Shown here: piece after piece, positions 24,571 to 25,762 of the stretch
Layout: each line of letters opens with the position of its first letter
Numbering within the stretch: the stretch's first letter is position 1
Origin: Dehalococcoidia bacterium
GTDB lineage: Bacteria > Chloroflexota > Dehalococcoidia > Dehalococcoidales > DAOWLH01
Length of the DNA stretch: 25,762 nt
Direction: 5' to 3'
Assembly (NCBI GenBank): GCA_030638985.1
Contig: DAOWDO010000085.1
Span: 1-25,762 of the forward strand
Position numbers and translations under genes: made by a program
The notes under the pieces: model-generated
The model's input: only the letters and a program-made list of their open reading frames with translations
Databases searched by the model: none
What the model was told of the DNA's origin: nothing

Positions 24571-25608
24571 ATGAAAAAGCATAGAGTGGGTATCGTTAAT
24601 GTTACCGGTTATACCGGAATTGAACTGGCCAGGTTGCTCATCCAGCACCCGGGGGTGGTACTGACATCGGTTACCGGGCGCAGTGCTGCCGGCAACCGCC
24701 TGGATGCCGTCCTCCCCCACCTGATAGGCACCGACCTGGTCATTGAAGCCGAACTGGGCGATGTAGAGTTGGCCTTCTCGGCCATGCCCCACAGGGAGAG
24801 TGCCCCGGAAGTCCGGCATCTTCTTGACCGTGGTATCAGGGTGGTCGATTTGAGCGCCGACTTCAGATTAAGGGATGCCGCCCAGTACCCGGCCTGGTAC
24901 GGCTTTAACCACCCGGAACCGCAATTGCTGGAGCAGGCGGTCTACGGCCTCACCGAACTCCACCGAGACGAAATCGCCTCCGCCCGGCTGGTGGCCAATC
25001 CCGGCTGCTATCCCACCGGGGCCCTTCTGGCGCTGGCGCCAGCGGTTAAACAGGGGCTAATCAACGGACATTTTATTATCGACAGCAAGTCCGGTGTCTC
25101 CGGAGCCGGCAGGTCACTTGACCTCAAGGCCCACTATGCGGAGGCCAATGAGGACGTCACCGCCTATGCCCTGGACGGACACCGCCACCTGCCGGAGATT
25201 GTACAGGAGCTGAAGCAGCTCCGGCCGCAGTCCTCTCCAGCGGTAACCTTCGTTCCCCACCTGGTACCGATGACCAGGGGTATACTGACCACCTGCTATA
25301 CTCCACTGCACGACGAGCTGGCCAGCAGCCCGCGGGGTAAGGAGAAGCTGAGACAGATTTACCTTGATTTCTATAAGGATGAGCCCTTTATCAAGGTGGT
25401 GGCCACCCCACCCCACAGCAAGCACACCCTAGGCTCCAATATGTGCCTTATCCACCCGACGATAGACACCAGGACCGGCCGGCTGGTGGTGGTGAGCTGC
25501 CTTGACAACCTGGTCAAGGGCGCCGCCGGCCAGGCAGTCCAGAACATGAACCTGATGCTGGGGCTGCCCGAGACCACCGGACTTGAGGCACTGGCGGTCT
25601 GGCCGTAA
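24571..25608 (+). CDS. argC: N-acetyl-gamma-glutamyl-phosphate reductase
   Basis: TGYTG.EL.RLL..HP, DLSADFRL, VYGLTE, ANPGCYPT, SGVSGAG, FVPHLVPMTRGI, DNLVKGAAGQAVQNMN. Confidence 0.97.
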   Translation: MKKHRVGIVNVTGYTGIELARLLIQHPGVVLTSVTGRSAAGNRLDAVLPHLIGTDLVIEAELGDVELAFSAMPHRESAPEVRHLLDRGIRVVDLSADFRLRDAAQYPAWYGFNHPEPQLLEQAVYGLTELHRDEIASARLVANPGCYPTGALLALAPAVKQGLINGHFIIDSKSGVSGAGRSLDLKAHYAEANEDVTAYALDGHRHLPEIVQELKQLRPQSSPAVTFVPHLVPMTRGILTTCYTPLHDELASSPRGKEKLRQIYLDFYKDEPFIKVVATPPHSKHTLGSNMCLIHPTIDTRTGRLVVVSCLDNLVKGAAGQAVQNMNLMLGLPETTGLEALAVWP

Positions 25609-25617
25609 AACCGGTTA

Positions 25618-25646
25618 TTGCCCCGCGGGTTTGACTCTGCTATGCT
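25618..25646 (+). promoter_or_regulatory. Promoter for the gene after argC
   Basis: TTGCCC (25618-25623), 17 bp ending in TGc, then TATGCT (25641-25646). Confidence 0.55.
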
Positions 25647-25656
25647 TTAGCCCGCT

Positions 25657-25762
25657 GTGAAGAGCAACGTAACCGGCAAAACCGGCTTTGTCACTGCCGA
25701 CTACTTCAAGATTACCATCTTGTTTTTTGCCCTCACTGCTCTGTCGCAGGCCATGCATGGCA
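25657..25762 (+). CDS. Probable MFS transporter, N-terminus (runs off window)
   Basis: Not in the track. GTG 25657 opens VKSNVTGKTGFVTADYFKITILFFALTALSQAMHG with no stop; resembles the first TM of MFS permeases (family call from memory). Confidence 0.5.
   Translation, partial: MKSNVTGKTGFVTADYFKITILFFALTALSQAMHG

Noticed and set aside
24583-24618. ArgC nucleotide-binding loop GIVNVTGYTG instead of G.SGY.G
   Set aside because: From memory this variant is usual in this lineage, and the rest of the protein is intact.
1-25762. Mobile elements, CRISPR arrays, tRNA/rRNA, defence systems, programmed frameshifts
   Set aside because: No transposase or integrase motifs, regularly spaced repeats, cloverleafs or split genes were seen by eye; automated scans were not run.

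Overview
A 25.8-kb, gene-dense chromosomal window with no recognisable mobile element, CRISPR array, rRNA or tRNA. Gene content and protein style suggest Dehalococcoidia (Chloroflexota); this is an inference from remembered homologues, not a database result. Left arm (minus strand): zur-znuACB followed by acr3; a putative 8-gene operon (77-aa Cys-rich protein, PurM/AIR-synthase-like enzyme, SAM methyltransferase, orphan NMT1/SsuA-type binding lipoprotein, nadA, cutA, cysE, NIL protein); and tatA-tatA-tatB-tatC. Middle (plus strand): folP-folK-PTPS(QueD-like), recA-recX-rny-ymdB-PHP-plsY-like, and a membrane Fe-S/CCG oxidoreductase. Right: homocitrate-synthase-family enzyme (likely Re-citrate synthase), trmO and an HhH-GPD glycosylase on minus; a 2TM-RCK channel, argC and the start of a probable MFS transporter on plus. 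Several clear sigma70-type promoters and palindromic operators are readable. Best leads: the uncharacterised four-gene module heading the nadA operon, a TatB with nine 11-residue amphipathic repeats, a CExxHGH-type PTPS standing where folB normally is, acr3 apparently under Zur control, and several key-residue substitutions (TatC, PlsY, channel filter). Most of the window is housekeeping and no novel system is proven.
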